Shown: positions 24,591 to 38,978, numbered from the stretch's first letter. The stretch is DNA of 64,000 nt from Camelus ferus (GCF_009834535.1 NC_045696.1:52702001-52766000), one strand, 5' to 3'. Numbers and translations: made by a program. Notes: a model not told the origin generated them from the sequence alone.

Positions 24591-27500
24591 TTTTAAGGAA
24601 GCACTTCTATTTCCAGTTGGGAAAAGATCTATGTGGTCTGACACCTTGGGGGTACCCTAGCAGCCAGTCTTGGAAAATGTTCTCGTCCTTCTTGTCTCCT
24701 CTCTCAGCAAGATACACTCCTAGTGCAATTACCCCCAGTACTGTGAAAGGAATTTTACCAGAAAATGCCTGTAGTTTAAGCCATATTTATGGAGTCAATT
24801 ATAGGTACAAAAAGAAAGAAACACACACAATCTGGCATTGTCTAGCTCTAGATCCAATTTTTACTTAAAATACTTTCCTTTCTGGGTACCTCTGTTCAAT
24901 CATTTAAGTTTGAGCTCATCTTAGGCTGGTTTTTCCCTCCCTCCCCCTCCTTTCTCCCCATTCTCCTTCTCCCCTTCCCCCTCCATCCCTGTCTCTCTGT
25001 CGCTCTGAAAAAATTTGTATTAGTTGTCTATTTCCAACCTATCCCTAAAATCTAGTTCCCCTAAGTTTCTGATGATATTAAGTGGGCCAGCATTCCTCCA
25101 GGAGGAGCTGCATCATGCCTGTGGGGTACTTGCAGCACCTCTTTGGGTGTGTCCACCTACTAGGGTACTCTGCTCTTCTTACAGGATTGTCTCACCTCTC
25201 TCTTAACTATGGTCTTTCATGATTCTCTCCCTTCTTGCCCACCCCTTCCTCTCTTGTGACCCTTACACTCCTGAATTGTTCAGGTGAGCCTGATCCCACA
25301 GTCTTGGCACCCAAATCTAGTCTGAGCCTTTCTAAACAGTCATTTTAACATAGAGCCTGTGCACAGAAGTTTAAGTCCTGATCATTTGGAAAGTTAAAGT
25401 GGCAGATGATCTGAGAAACAGAGAGAAAGAGGGAGAGACAGAGATGGCTTGGGGGTGGGGTGGAAAGAATTGAGAGGGGCACTTCCTTTCCATGTAAAGT
25501 ATCTTCTTCATGTCATTCAGACTCTCAGATTCCTTCTTTTTATGGTTTCCAGGCTTTTCAAGGGTTTTATCCCCTTTCCTCTGTGCTGTTAAAGAGAAAA
25601 GAGTGATGTGTTTTTTCTTGAGTCACTGGAGATCTTTTCTGCTCACCTGCCCACTCTGAAATAATTGGTTTGTTCACATTCATGAGGAGCAGTATTTGTG
25701 TTAAAGAACCACTTGGCATCAGTACCCAACTGCAGATGTCTTATCATATAAGATGGTGCCTCATTCAGAAAACTCAAGATAGAGTAAAATAAATTAACAA
25801 CATTTTGGCTGCATGCTTCATTCACAACTGTTAATTTAACAGGGTTATGCATCCATCTCTGAGCAGAGAGCTCCTGGCAGGGACAGCTGCTCCCGTGCCC
25901 CAGATTGTGCTGTGTGCGTCCCAGTAGGAGTCAGTAAGAGCAGCAGGAGAGCAGGAAGGTGGTAGTGCATCAGTGCATCGGAGCACTGAGCAGTGTGGCA
26001 ACAGTGGCCGGGGGAGGAGGGAGCAGGATGTGCCCCTCCAAAGTGCTTTCATCACTCCTTCATTCTTTGTATGGGTACATGCACAGTTAACAGAAGAAGA
26101 AGAAAAATTTGTCTTGGGTTTTACTGGAAATTTGTCAGTCCTGCTTTTACTCTCACATACAGCTTATTTTCAAAAATACCTTTGTATATCTACTAGCATG
26201 TTGATGGACCTAAGCAATACAGACCCATATGCTTGTACAAAGAATGCCAGACAGGTCTACATCATGATGAACAGGATCTGGGTCACTGGGGCAGAGCTGG
26301 CATGACAGGTGGAAAACATACCTTGTGTTGGCCTGCTGCAATTTGCATCCTAAACTAGAGCAAAGGCCAAGGTCAAGATTGGGGCCAAGCACAGGACTTG
26401 GTACATGATAAGCATCCTTTAATTATTGGTCTTTTGAAGGAAATTTGCTGCATTGTTCACTGCTGTATTTCCCCAGTGCCTAAAACACTTCACTAAAGTT
26501 AACTAGACATATTGTGATTTTTTTTGAATATATACAAATATTGAACCACTATGTTACACACCTGAAACCAATATAATGGTTATATGGAAACTATAAGTAA
26601 CCACATTGGGGTGTCATGGTAGGCAGTGGAGCTATATAGAATTTTGAGTATTTGCCCAGACATTCCTTTTCATGACTGTACCTTCTATTCCTATCCTCTG
26701 ATTTAATTTCCATGTGGGAAAAAGTTATTTTCAGCCTATGTTATGCTGTAACATGATCAAATAGTAAAGATTTTGTATTCTAGTCTTTGCCTTTAGTACT
26801 GGGATGGCTCTATTGATAATATAAAACTCATTTTCAGCTTAAACTGCTTTCGGAATAAGAAATTGTGGTTTAGTGAATATGTGCCACTCTTTCAAAAGTG
26901 GAAGCAGTGTTTTCCATTCTTTTTTTAAAACCCAGGAATAATGGCCATTTTCTGAATTCAAATTTTGAAGGTCTGGTATGCTCATTACTGATTTTGGACC
27001 ACGTACAGAGGAAAGCAGACACCATTTTGTGACCAGCACTCTGAGTTGTCACATTCTGAATGAATCCCTCAAAGGCCTGGACTCATTTGCGTTTCACACA
27101 AGACCCTGATGGAATTTGCTGTCTAAACCTTGACTATACTCTTTACCCCAAATTGATTGGTTTCCTCAGACTTGAAATCTTGGGGAAAAAATAGACTTTT
27201 CCGTAATATTTTTTTTTAAATCATAAAGTTTTTCACGAAGTCGCGCTCAGAAACCTTAAAAAATCAGTATCTTTCAGAGCACTTTGATCAAGACCTAGGG
27301 TGAGTGTGATTTGAATTTTCAAGATACGTCTACAAAAGGGCTGATTTAAGTTTGACAATGGAGGGACACTGAGCTGGGGAAAGAAATACGTATAAAACCA
27401 TGCCAGTGATTCTGGAAGGCCAAAAGGACATTAATTTCCCCATAAAATGGTGTGTTCTCTCCTAAGTTCTTCACCTGGGAAAGAGGGGGCTTGGTCTGAA

Positions 27501-27606
27501 TTTCCAGAGTATTGTTGATTTCTTAACTCCAAGCACAGTGCCTGGCACAAAATAAGTCATTCAACAAATACTTGTTGACTGCTGTGATCTGAAGGAAAAG
27601 AACATT

Positions 27607-27644
27607 ATTCCATCTCTCCTTTTTCCCTCCTTCTCTCCATAAAG
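27607..27644 (+). other. GAP43: 3' splice acceptor of GAP43 intron 1
   Basis: Pyrimidine-rich tract ending ...ttctctccataaAG|GTTGAA, immediately before the Val codon that starts exon 2. Confidence 0.93.
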
Positions 27645-28254
27645 GTTGAAAAAAATGATGAGGACCAAAAGATTGAACAAGATGGCATCAAACCAGAAGA
27701 TAAAGCTCATAAGGCCGCGACCAAAATTCAGGCTAGCTTCCGTGGACACATAACGAGGAAAAAGCTCAAAGGAGAGAAGAAGGGTGATGCCCCCGCCGCC
27801 GAGGCCGAGGTGAATGAGAAGGATGACGCCGCGGTTGCTGATGGCGCCGAGAAGAAGGAGGGAGACGGTTCCACTCCCGCTGAAGTGGCCTCAGCCACCG
27901 GCCCCAAGCCCGAGGAGGCCGGCAAAGCCGGCGAAACTCCTTCCGAGGAGAAGAAGGGGGAGGGCGCCCCCGATGCTGCCACAGAGCAGGCAGCCCCCCA
28001 GGCTCCTGCCGCCTCGGAGGAGAAGACCGGCTCGGCTGAGACAGAAAGTGCCACTAAAGCTTCCACTGACAACTCGCCGTCCTCCAAGGCCGAAGACGCG
28101 CCAGCCAAGGAGGAGCCTAAACAAGCCGACGTGCCTGCTGCTGTCACTGCTGCTGCTGCCGCCACCACCCCTGCTGCAGAGGATGCTGCTGCCAAGGCAG
28201 CAGCCCAGCCTCCGACGGAGACTGCGGAGGGCAGCCAAGCCGAGGAGAAGATAG
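27645..28254 (+). CDS. GAP43: GAP-43/neuromodulin, internal coding exon 2 (phase 0 start, phase 1 end)
   Basis: Translates [47 protein letters not shown]...[29 protein letters not shown]...QAEEKI, the recognisable GAP-43 sequence with the IQ calmodulin-binding motif. Ser41 codon AGC is at 27735-27737. Flanked by a polypyrimidine tract plus AG and by a GTGAGC donor. Confidence 0.98.
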
Positions 28255-28260
28255 GTGAGC
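28255..28260 (+). other. GAP43: 5' splice donor of GAP43 intron 2
   Basis: ATAG|GTGAGC, at the point where similarity to GAP-43 protein stops. Confidence 0.93.
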
Positions 28261-31200
28261 GACCTCCGGGGCAGACGCTGGTGCTGGGTGGGCCAGGGGG
28301 CCTGTTCGGAAAGAAGGGCCACCTGCGCCATCAAGGGAGACGGGAAATGTCCAGAAGGTGTTTTCAGGAAATTCAGGGAAGCTTCAGTTAATTCCCAAAG
28401 TGGTACGTCTAAGAGTTAACTCTGGCCACTTAAGTTCTCAAATTGTCTTCAAGCCTGAGAGAGAACTCAGGCAGGTCTGTGTAGCAGCCGGTACTAAACA
28501 AATCTAGCAATTACCTTCCTAACTGAACTGGCATAAAGAGTAAAACAAGGTAATCCTGGTTTAAAAAATATATATTCTGTGTGCTGGATAGACTTAGTTT
28601 CATAAGAAATTACTGAAGCTACGTATATTTTGTGGATGGGAATTAGCTCATGTGATTATTTGGCTCTAGGAAGTGCCTGGTATAAATGCAGCCAACTCCT
28701 TACTGATTCAGATGATCTAGTTTGTGAATTGCCGGCAGCAAAAACATAATCTCAGACCACCTTTCCCTAGCCCACAGTATGTTTCCAGGCATTCTCCCCA
28801 CCGACTGGTGAGCAGTGTGCGTATGTGTACGTTCGCTCAGAGAATGTTAATTGTGACATTAATCGAGGTCAGGCTAATTAGGAAAATAAGTCTGTTGATG
28901 TTGCCAAAAACAAAAGAAAAACCCCAAATATAGAACATGTTGTGAAGTCAAACATAAATTATCATTTTATTATTGAAGACACTACTTTCTGCCATATGCA
29001 TACATAATCGAGTGTTGACTATGATTACAAAAAGGTACTGGATTCTCTTTGGCTTGGAGCTCTAACTTGGAGTGTTTTCACTGTTACTGCCCAAAGAGCC
29101 TGTGCAGAATTGGAACAGAGCATTCCCAGTGCAAGATGAATTTAACAGAATTTCACCCCTGGACATTAGACCTTCCCCTCACCCCAACCCATTCATAGTG
29201 GTAAAGGAGACTAGCAGTCTCCAAGGTCTTTCTCTGGCCTAGTATGACCCATGAATACCCTTCAGCCCCAAACCTTGAAGATAAAGTTGCTTCTGTGCCA
29301 GTTTAAAAGGTTGGGTTTACTCCTTGAGATTTAGTGATTTAACCCACGATGTGTCCAAGGACTCAAATTTGGCCTGGACCACATTGTGCCCTTTGGAAAG
29401 GACCTACTCCATGAGAATGGTCTGGGAAATGTCTTGTTATCTGAACATTAGATTGAGAAAGTAGTTATTGGACATTTGCCATGATACCCATTTCTCCAGA
29501 TTAGGTACTGCAAATTTTAGACATTTTCAGGTCTACTTCTTCCATCTTCCCCCAAAATTCTGTGAGGAAGAAGCCCAATTATATTAATTATTATTGTTAT
29601 TAGCATTCTCTAGCTTCAGATAAATCACACACCTCTTTCTACCAGTGACTCATTTTAAATCTTTATTCCAACTACATACCTGCCCCAGGGGCCAGACCTT
29701 GAGGTTAAGAAGATGGGAATATTTCCCTGGAAAAGGTAAGGCATGTGATAAGAATGGTTTTGGTTTTCATTTACTCAGCAAAACGAATCTTGTTAACGAC
29801 TCTTCTTAAAGTTTGAGTTCCAGCCTTAGAGATGATGGCTGGAAATCATTTTGCATATGACAGACTACCTTTATGTAATTTCCATAAATCTTAAAAATTA
29901 GTCATAATTTTAAATATAGAAAATATTTGGCATTGCTCAGATCATATTTTATGAACTGGGATTTCTGAAATTGTAAGTAGAGACAGAAAGATATAATGTG
30001 ACTTTAGGTATATGCTCATGATTTGGCTTAACAGAAAGGAAGACAGCTTTAATCAATGAAGTCTAAAAATAATATATTTTAAAGGAAATTCAGTTTTATT
30101 ATTTCTCAAGTTATGATCATTCAAATGAATTAATAAAATATTTTATGTAGTACATGCTCAATAAGTGATGAATGAATGAAAATCGGACAGATTTAATTTA
30201 TAGATAATAATTTGTTTACTCATTCATAGATTCTTCCTGCAGTCTTGCTTATTCCATTCAGTTATTTGATTAAAAATGTGTCTGGTCAGTGGAAGCAAAT
30301 AGAGATTGTGCTCTGTACTAAACAATACTGATTCCGACTGAAAAATGTCTCAATTAGTCTGAGTTTAATATGTACACTGAAAGGTAATTGAAACGTGTAG
30401 ATGAAGTTCAACTTGAAGGTAATCACAAAGGGCGGTTTATTTTACATTGTCTCTGAGCTTGGGTAGGTATTGTCCTCTTGGATAGATTTTGAAGTGCTGC
30501 CTGTAGTCTGTTTCTGGACTGATGTAACTATTATCTTTGTCTGCTGTATGTGACAAGCACAAATTACCCAGGTATGGTGAGTCTCATGGAATCACAGAAA
30601 CTGGAGGTGACAAGATCTATTACAACATCTCAAGCCCAAATTCCCAGCGGTCCTGTACCACATTTTCCTCTATCTCCTACTGAATTTCATTCTAATCCAT
30701 GTTAAAATAACAATATTTCCGGTTGAGCTCTACTATTTGGGAATGAAAGGGTCCTGTGATTGCCTGGAGGGGTGTAGAGAGACATTCTGAGAAGGTGGAG
30801 TGGGTTGAGGGCAGAACAAGCCAAAAGAGAGAATTCAGGACAAAAACTGCTGTCAGTAAGAGGATCCAAAACTTTGGACCAAATCTGATCACTACTGTAA
30901 TACAAATGGGAATTCTTTGTAAATTACACACATTTTGTTTATTTTACTTCCTTTACTATTAATGGGTTTATTAAAGGTGGATGCCATTTGCATTAGGACC
31001 TTTGGAATTTTTTTTTTTTTTTGCCTTCTTTTTTTTAATCCTCCAACCATATCTCCTTATCTCTGCTTTGCCACTCTGCCTGCCCATATCTCTGTATGTT
31101 TATGGCCAAAAGATTTCAGTGCATCTCTGATGATGATTCCTTTATAGGAGGAGGAGTATTTATAGCATCTTCAGCACACGGCCTCCTTTCAGCTATGAGG

Positions 31201-32789
31201 AGAGAACTTCCAAGCCTCTTTTAGCGATCATGTGTTTGGTGTCTCCTGCTGGATAGTGTCACTGTGCTCACTGGGCTCCCAGTGAAAGAATTCTCTGCTC
31301 TGTCTCTTCTCCATGATAACCTGTTGACTTTCCCCAGTGGAGAACTCTAAAGTTTCTGCCATGGCTATATTCAGTGATGTAGTATTACCAAAGTAACACA
31401 TCCAGGAGGCTAGAAATCAGCGATGTTGATGAGTGGCTTCCACAGAATACTCCACTAATACTAGTAAGAAGTGTAGCTCTGGGTTACCCTAGATTTTCTG
31501 TATGTTGATTTTATTTTCATGGTCTCTTTACTTCTTTCTAATTGGGGTCATCAATAATGATCTGGGAAAGAGATGAGTTCTATTTATCATTCCTCTGAAT
31601 AGAAAAACAGTAACTCAGTGTCTCTCTACCTCTTTTCCTTCTTTTTCTGCCTCCTTCCTCCCTCCCTCCCCACATCCCTCTCTCCTTCTCTTCCTCGCTC
31701 CCTTTGTTCCTTCCTTTTCCCCTTCCAAATAAAATAAAATATAAATATATTAACTTTCTACCATGCTAGGCTTTAGGGTCACAGAACTGAAGATACGGTC
31801 ACTGCCCTTAAGGAGTTGGGAGTGGGAGTGGGATGAAATGCAGGCAGTGGATGTTGAAAACAATCACAGTAATAACCTCAACTCAATTAAATTCTACAAA
31901 GAGATATGGGGTACCTCTATATGCCAGTGCATTCTGGAACAAAATATTGATGAGACAGTTCTTCAAGCAATTTGATATGTGCTAAAAAGGTTTTTATATA
32001 ATATGTGTTTCTAGAGCCAAATTATTTAGCAAAAAGAATAAATGCAGTTTCTGGAATGCTAATTATGTGTTTAAAAAAAAAAGAAAGAAAGAAATTCCCA
32101 GCCCATGTTCCTGGAGTTGGAAAAATTCTTTACACTCCCCAGAACAAAATTTTCCTAAGGCCCAAGTAATCATCCATATTTTTAGCCCTCCAAAGGACAG
32201 ATCCACTTCTACTGCTCTCTGTGTCATGTGTGAGATTTCCCAAGGATATTTACACTTATTTGGCAGGGTGCCTCATAAGCGGTTTTGATTTGATATGTGG
32301 TTTCAACCACTTCCCAAATTTATACACAACTCATAAAGAGTGAAAATTTGGGTTATGAAAGTCCATAAATGCTGTCCATAAAACATGGGCACCCTGTCAG
32401 CTACTCAGTGGCATGCTGCTTAAATACTGTTGATTATTAAGCATTTATGGAAACATTTTTATATTGCTAGAGTAATCATTTTTATTGGCTTTCCTTGACA
32501 ACAATCCAGTGGCATTTGATAATATTTTCCTTTCCGCCTTTACATTCTGAGAATTAAGGCAAAGTAAATGGATATTCTGCCCACAGACAGTGACAACAGG
32601 GGTCAACTGATAGATTCCTAAAACCTCACCTTCACCTTAGCCTTGCAGTTATTTACCTTCCTTTTAAGGTGCTATGTTTTATCCCAGTTCCTGCATTTCC
32701 TCTTTATCAGTTTCTGATTATTGTCAGGAAACACCAACCAGGTCCTAGGACATTCTCTGTCCTGCACACCTACTAAAATAATGCCAAGG

Positions 32790-33240
32790 AAAGAATGTTG
32801 GACTCAGATAAGGAGACCAGGATCCTAACCTCAATATTTTTATTAATCAGATGTGGATCTTAGGAACGTCATTGGTTCTCTCTGAACTTCAGTTATCTCA
32901 TCTTTAAGACGAGGACTAGGATAGTTGGTTTTTAAGTATTTTTCATTGTTGAAAATACACAGTTTCTAAAAAAATTACATAGTTTCTATAATAAGTAGCA
33001 CTTAACTGAGCATGTGTTAAGTGTCAGACCCTGTGCTGAGTGCTATGTGGAGATTATCCCATTTGATCATCAGAACCATACTGTGGTGTAAGTGCTGTAA
33101 TTTCCTGTCCTGTTTTACAGATGAGGAATCTGAGGTTTAGCGAGATGGAGGCACCTAAACTTCAACAGCTGGCAAGTAGCTAAATCAAGAGCTGAACTCT
33201 GACAGCCTGATTACAGAGGTCATGTATTTAACCCTGACAG
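32790..33240. mobile_element. Two MIR fragments in opposite orientation
   Basis: cttcagttatctcatctttaag (+) and ttttacagatgaggaatctgaggtttag (-). Confidence 0.65.
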
Positions 33241-34089
33241 CCAGGAAGAAATGAGATGAGCGGGATGTCTAAGAACATCCCCTCATCCGTATGATCGGGT
33301 ACTCCAGACTCTTGTCTGGGAATCACTAGCGATCGTATTTACAGACAGGTATCCAGTAACGAAGCATACTCCTTGGTCATAGTTTCCTCACAGCCCCATC
33401 ACTCCAGAATTATTGGGAATATTAAACTAGTTCTGAAACTTGAGCTCTCAGTTTGAACATCCTTCAAATATTGTTTATTAGACTAAGAGAGCTATGAAGA
33501 TCAGTTAGAATTAGTTGTTTTTAACGGGATCACTGCTGGCTCCATTAAACATGTCGGGAGAACAGAAATTTAGAAACTGAAATTTTCGGAGCTTAATCAG
33601 CTGAAAGTGATTTCATGTATTCTAGACAATTCCTGTCCTCAACTTAGCTTATCAGAATTAGGATCTTTTAAGTTTCTAGTTTATATCTTGTTCCTCCTTT
33701 TTGGTGAGTGCATTTTCAAAGGACCCTGATACCTTTACATTTGTAACTAAAATAATGTAAAGAACTTAATCAGTAGGGCAGTGTGGAGAGCAATCACTAT
33801 CTCGTCAAACAAAAACATTTAAGCAGACAATAGAGAAGAAGAGATGTGTTTTAGAGTCAAGAAATTCATACTGTGAGGCCTTTTATCCATTCTTTCATTA
33901 CTCATGTTTAATAACTACTGTCACCTTATAAACCAATAAACAGGCATGTAAGTAACACCTCTGATTTTAAATGCTGAAACTACATTTGGAATTGAAAATC
34001 AAACAGTATTTCTTAAAATGTGGAATATTTTTCAGGTACTAATGCATATTCATCAAATTTTTTTCTCTTTTTTCTCTACATACATACAT

Positions 34090-34090
<1 letters not shown>

Positions 34091-34128
<38 letters not shown>
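34091..34128. repeat. (CA)19 microsatellite
   Basis: Perfect repeat. Confidence 0.95.
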
Positions 34129-34132
<4 letters not shown>

Positions 34133-35757
34133 TATACACATAATTCCAAAAGGATTAAAAGGAGGAGGAGGAAGAACCAAGAGTAGCCAGAGTTACAGAA
34201 AGTCAGTGCATTTCGCTAAACATGGAGACAAAGCAGAGCACTTGATGTAATGGACTAGAAAGCACTGAGTGGTCATTCCTCTTATTTTGTTCCTGACAAT
34301 CATAGCTTCATTAAATAAAGAATGAAAAGCTTTCTGTAACCATTCATAAAAGGAAGGGAAGAAGGAAACCAGTAGTGCTGCTTAAAGCTACAAGACCGGA
34401 GCCCTTGACGATCTCCCAGGGCTGTGTGGTTTACAGCATGCGTAAAGAGGAGGGAGAGGTTTGAAAAGATGTGTAAGTTTTGCCAGCCCTCTTAGTCATG
34501 TTTGGATTTTGTGCCATAAGAAAGTGACTGGATCAGGTGCTGAACCTCAGAGCAATTCATATCATCAAGAAAATTTGAATCACTGCCTTCTTCAAAAAAT
34601 CTTCAGCATTAATCTCACAGCTTGGCTTTCTAAGCAAATAATTTACTTCGAGGCTTATTTACAAGAATTTCCCATAAATAATTTTCACAACGATGATGAA
34701 TAGCATCATGTTTTTAATAGATCCAGTATCTTATAGGAAGTACATAGTGCAAATGTTCTGTATTTTCAGCATAACAGACCAAACACTGCCTAAAATCAAG
34801 GGACCTAGGTTCTTGTTCAGATTCTGCTAATGATGTCAGGACAGCTCTTGGCACTCTGAGCCTAGTTCTAGCACCTGCCAAGTAAGTGTATTCAACTAGG
34901 TCTTCTCTGACTTCTAGCTTCAAAAGGCAAGTATGCAATGGTAGACGAGAGAGGGATTTTGAAGAGGGGGTATGTGGCCTCTTACTCAACCATTTTCACT
35001 TTCCCGTAGTCTCTTATTTTATAAACTATTAAATAGTGGGCTTAAGGGACAGGGCAGATAGTACAGAAGCCTGGATAGATAGGCAAAGATTTCAGGAAGA
35101 GACAGCACTAAGAAAGTTGACGGTTACAATGGAGGGTCAGGAGACTGCAAGGAAATCTCAATGAAATTTGCTAACCCAGCTTACACTTGAGATTTAAAAT
35201 AAACAGTTGACAGTGATATTTTCTGATATGATTAGACACTTGCTTTTAACCTCCCTGGGATGGAAAACTACAGCAAGTGGTGGCTGTAATTTACTGTCAA
35301 TAGTTATACTTTCTTCTTAGACTTAATTTATTATTAATTTATTTTTATACCTATCTTATTTCATGAAAATAATTAAAACAACTTCAACAGTATATAAAGC
35401 CTTGGATTCTTGTGTAGAGCAATAGATGCCTTTGGCAGACAATTGTGGTTGATAAGCTTTTTAAAAGATTTTGTCAGGAGACCATCATTAAAGTGTAAGA
35501 ATTATATAAATAGGCCTAATCCTCCAATTCTCTTATTCACTCTACAGTCATAGGAATTGGCTCTTTGACCACCAGTGAAATTGGCTACCAGGCCTACGTG
35601 TCGGAATTGGGCTGCTGTACATCCCAGGAACAGGTGGTGTGAATGGTGCACAAGTTAGGTGCGATCGCTCAGCAGTTCTCACACATATTTTCAATCTTCA
35701 GACCACAAATTAAAGGATTTTGGAAGATAAATAATTATTTTTTGGGGGAAAAAATAT

Positions 35758-35970
35758 ACAGCTTTATTAAGATATCAATCACAGAACATGCAGTTCGCCT
35801 ATTAAAAAATGTACAGTTCAATAGTTTTTAGTATATTTGCAGAGTTGTACAACCATCGCAACAATTTGAGAACATTTTTATTATCCCCGCAAAGGAACTC
35901 TGTACCCACTAGCAATCAGTCACTTACTTTTCTTTCTTCCACCCCTATCTTAACCCCAGGCATTACTAAT
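35758..35970 (-). mobile_element. Old L1M-type 3' end fragment
   Basis: acagctttattaagata...tgtacagttcaatagtttttagtatatttgcagagttgtacaaccatc, typical of a reversed ancestral L1 terminus. Confidence 0.75.
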
Positions 35971-38761
35971 GTAACAGATGAAATACGTTAGTTCAATCAT
36001 CTCACACCATTCTGTTCGGAATGGAAACTGCAGTATCTTCAGGGGAAAAGAAAGGACCCTAGGAGGGCTATTTGCCTTTCCTTATAAATCATGTTCAATA
36101 TTAATGTTCTTTCCTGGAGGCATATATATGGTCAAGTAAGTCCGGAGGCTAGTTTTTTGTTAATATTTTTTTCCCAGTATGAGTTGGTAGAATATTTTGG
36201 ATTTTGGAATAGAAACTAGAAACCACTCATCTAAATGGTCCCATCTGTGTGTGTGTCTCTCAGAGTGGAGACAATCATGCTTACAGCCCTGCAAGAATAT
36301 TCTGTTTGCCTTGGGGTATGAAGAAGTGAAGAATATGATTCAGATATGCTCAAGCACTGTATCCGTGCCTATAGCGTACTTTTCTGCCAACTCACAAACA
36401 CATATGGACACATACAAACACACACACACAGACTCAGTATGTAGCGAAAGGCCTGTCTAGGAGTTCAGGCCATCGGAGAAAGTCTGGAAGAACAATGAAC
36501 TTCATGCTTTTTTCACTCTTCAGGTCAACAAGAAGTGAGGTGGGGAGTGGCTCCAGGCACCTCTCTCTGTCTCTTGGAGGGTGTGTGTGAACACTAACTG
36601 CTCCTTTCGCTGCTGGTTGTGTTATTGAGATGTGTTTGTGGATCTACAGCGAGATGGAAAGAGTGAGGGGTTAGGACTAAGGCTACCTGTGATGAAATCT
36701 ATAGTGGATGAAAATCAAAGCCTGCTTAGGCTAATTAAGGGGAGATAGTCCAGGAAGACTTCTTGGTGTAGTTACTGAGTCTTGAAGGACAAGATGTATC
36801 TAATAAAAAACGGTGTCTTTTATTTTTTAAAAAAAAGTTGAGAAACCACCTTTCATTCAAATTAACACTGAAATATAAATAATTTCATTCAAGTTGTAAT
36901 TCAGCAGTAGCTTTTGAAGATTAACCCAGAGTGGGAAAAGCAGCGCCAGCATATGTGTTGTTTATTGTGGAATCCCCCGCGCCTTTTTCAGTGGGAAACA
37001 GAAGGCAACCAGTAAGTACTTGATGAATGAGTTAAGGATGAATGAACAATGTTATCACAGTAGAGAAAAATCCTAAGCTGACTTAAAAGACTAGATTCTA
37101 ACCTTAATCTAATTCTAACTTTGGGCACGTAAATTATTTGAATTCTTTGAGCGTAAGCAGACCCTTTCATGAAACAAACATGTTGGACAGAGGATTTCAG
37201 AATCACTGCTATTTCTAAAGTAGCTCGACAGTGCCGTTACGACACATCCCAACCTTTCTGCTGATTCTAAGTGACAGGGGGAGGCAGACACTGGCTCAGG
37301 CAGAAAGCTGTGCTGCTGCCAACCTTTCTTCTGTTTTGGAAGCTGAATACGGAAGCTCATTGGGAAGTTCTGTGGTTACTCAGGGGCACACGTCACCCCC
37401 GAGGTAGCCAGAATTCAAACCACTGAGGGCTTCAGAGACCACGGTGAGCATTTTGCATTCTGTTCAGAAACATATTGAGAACTAGAGGAAACCAAAGCTG
37501 CTCCCTTCTGAAAGCAGGTGATTAATTTCATTTCAGCCCCACGAGTGACCTGTGTGTGGCTCTTGCCAGTGTGTGACAGGTACACCCAGGGAAGGAATGC
37601 TCTGCCAGGCTTCTTGGCTCCTTTTCCTCATCTGACATGTTTAAGTAATCTCTGCAAGGTGTTCCGAGTCTGCTGAACCTGCTGAGCCCCACTATAGGAT
37701 GAATTGTTAATATGTTCCCAAACCCATGGTGTTGGGACAGAGACCAGAAAACAGGCTTTCCCTCTCCTGCTGCCCGTTCTCCTTTTCCGCAGTAGTGCAA
37801 ACAGCATGCGTGTACAGCTTGTGAGCCGTTCACACGGCAGGCCACAGGGGACGTTGGGCTGGGAGACTGAATAGACTTCTCCCCACATATAAACTGTAAC
37901 TTGAAGCAACTCTCACGGATTTGATAAAAAGACAGAAAGGACTCCACTTTGTGAAACTGTGTCCAGTTCAATTTAAAGGGCTACGCAAGGCCAGGGTTTA
38001 GCAGTGTGGTTGCAGCCCTCTCCCCTCTGGTGTAATCAGATCCTCAGAGAGAGAAAAGCAGCCGTGAAAGATGCTTGTCTCCCTCCTTCCTTCTCCTTTA
38101 GTGCAGATGGTTTAACTGTAGTAGGTGGGAGAGGAGAACCTGGCTTCTATTGGAAGACAGAAGCCAGTTTCCTCTTTCTAGCCAGTTTTTTTAAAAAAAG
38201 AAAAACAGAAGGTAAAAACCAAAGCAAAACCCTGTCACATTCTGATTAGCTGTTTGGGTATGCTTCCTTCCCAGTAGAAAAGTAGACACTTGAGGTGTAC
38301 CAGTGTGTTTGTAGTGCTCTGAGAGTGGTCTGGCTAGAAGTTGGGTGCGGTTGTCAAATTACATACTGCTTTTGGAAAATCTATGAGGGGAAACCCTTCT
38401 CTGTTTTCCCAACATCCTGATAAAGCAGGTTTTTGCAAGAGTACCACACAATAAATGAAAAAATTGTTTTTCACATTCAGAACTAATCTGGATTTCTGGT
38501 TACATGCTTATCACATCAGGAGTCTCCACCAAAAGTTACATTTGACATTTGAGTTAGAACAAGCATTTATCACAGTTTGGGCATTATTAAATAATATTTC
38601 TCTTTCCCATTCTCTCCCTATATTTGTTTTGGTCATTGCCTGACCATTTGCCTTGAGGTATATGATGATTGTGACTATACATGGATACATATTGCAATTT
38701 TTAAAAAAGCGTAAAAGATAAATCATTTGAGGTTGGTGGTATGGTTTTAATCAGATGTCTC

Positions 38762-38978
38762 CAGTGATGTGCTGGTAAACTGGCTCTCAACAAACAAACA
38801 AACAAACAAAAACCTACAAAACCCCAATTCAGAAAGCCCTGATTTGTAATGTTTGTTGTAAACACTCCCATCACGGCTGATTTCAGGCTACCAGTGTATT
38901 GTCACTGAACTCACAGTTGGGAAGTGATGCTAACGACTTGCTCTCAGTAGCCAACAGGAGTCAGCTCCATTGTATCCC
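38762..38978. mobile_element. MER63-type hAT DNA transposon relic
   Basis: cagtgatgtgctggtaaa ... tgtaaacactcccatcacggctgatttcaggctacc ... gtcactgaac...agttgggaag. Confidence 0.75.

Larger units (their letters stand above)
1..27644 (+). other. GAP43: GAP43 intron 1 (3' part)
   Basis: No exon encoding the N-terminal MLCCMRRTKQ was seen upstream; mammalian GAP43 has very long introns; sequence is repeat-rich and non-coding. Confidence 0.85.

Noticed and set aside
1..27600. Orthologue of the human alternative intron-1 coding exon, or GAP43 exon 1
   Set aside because: No matching peptide was recognised in the ORF track or by eye; I cannot exclude a diverged copy without alignment
27728..28334. 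Antisense and alternative-frame ORFs overlapping GAP43 exon 2 (155, 146 and 147 aa)
   Set aside because: Shadow ORFs caused by the GC-rich, Ala/Glu/Pro-biased codons of the real exon
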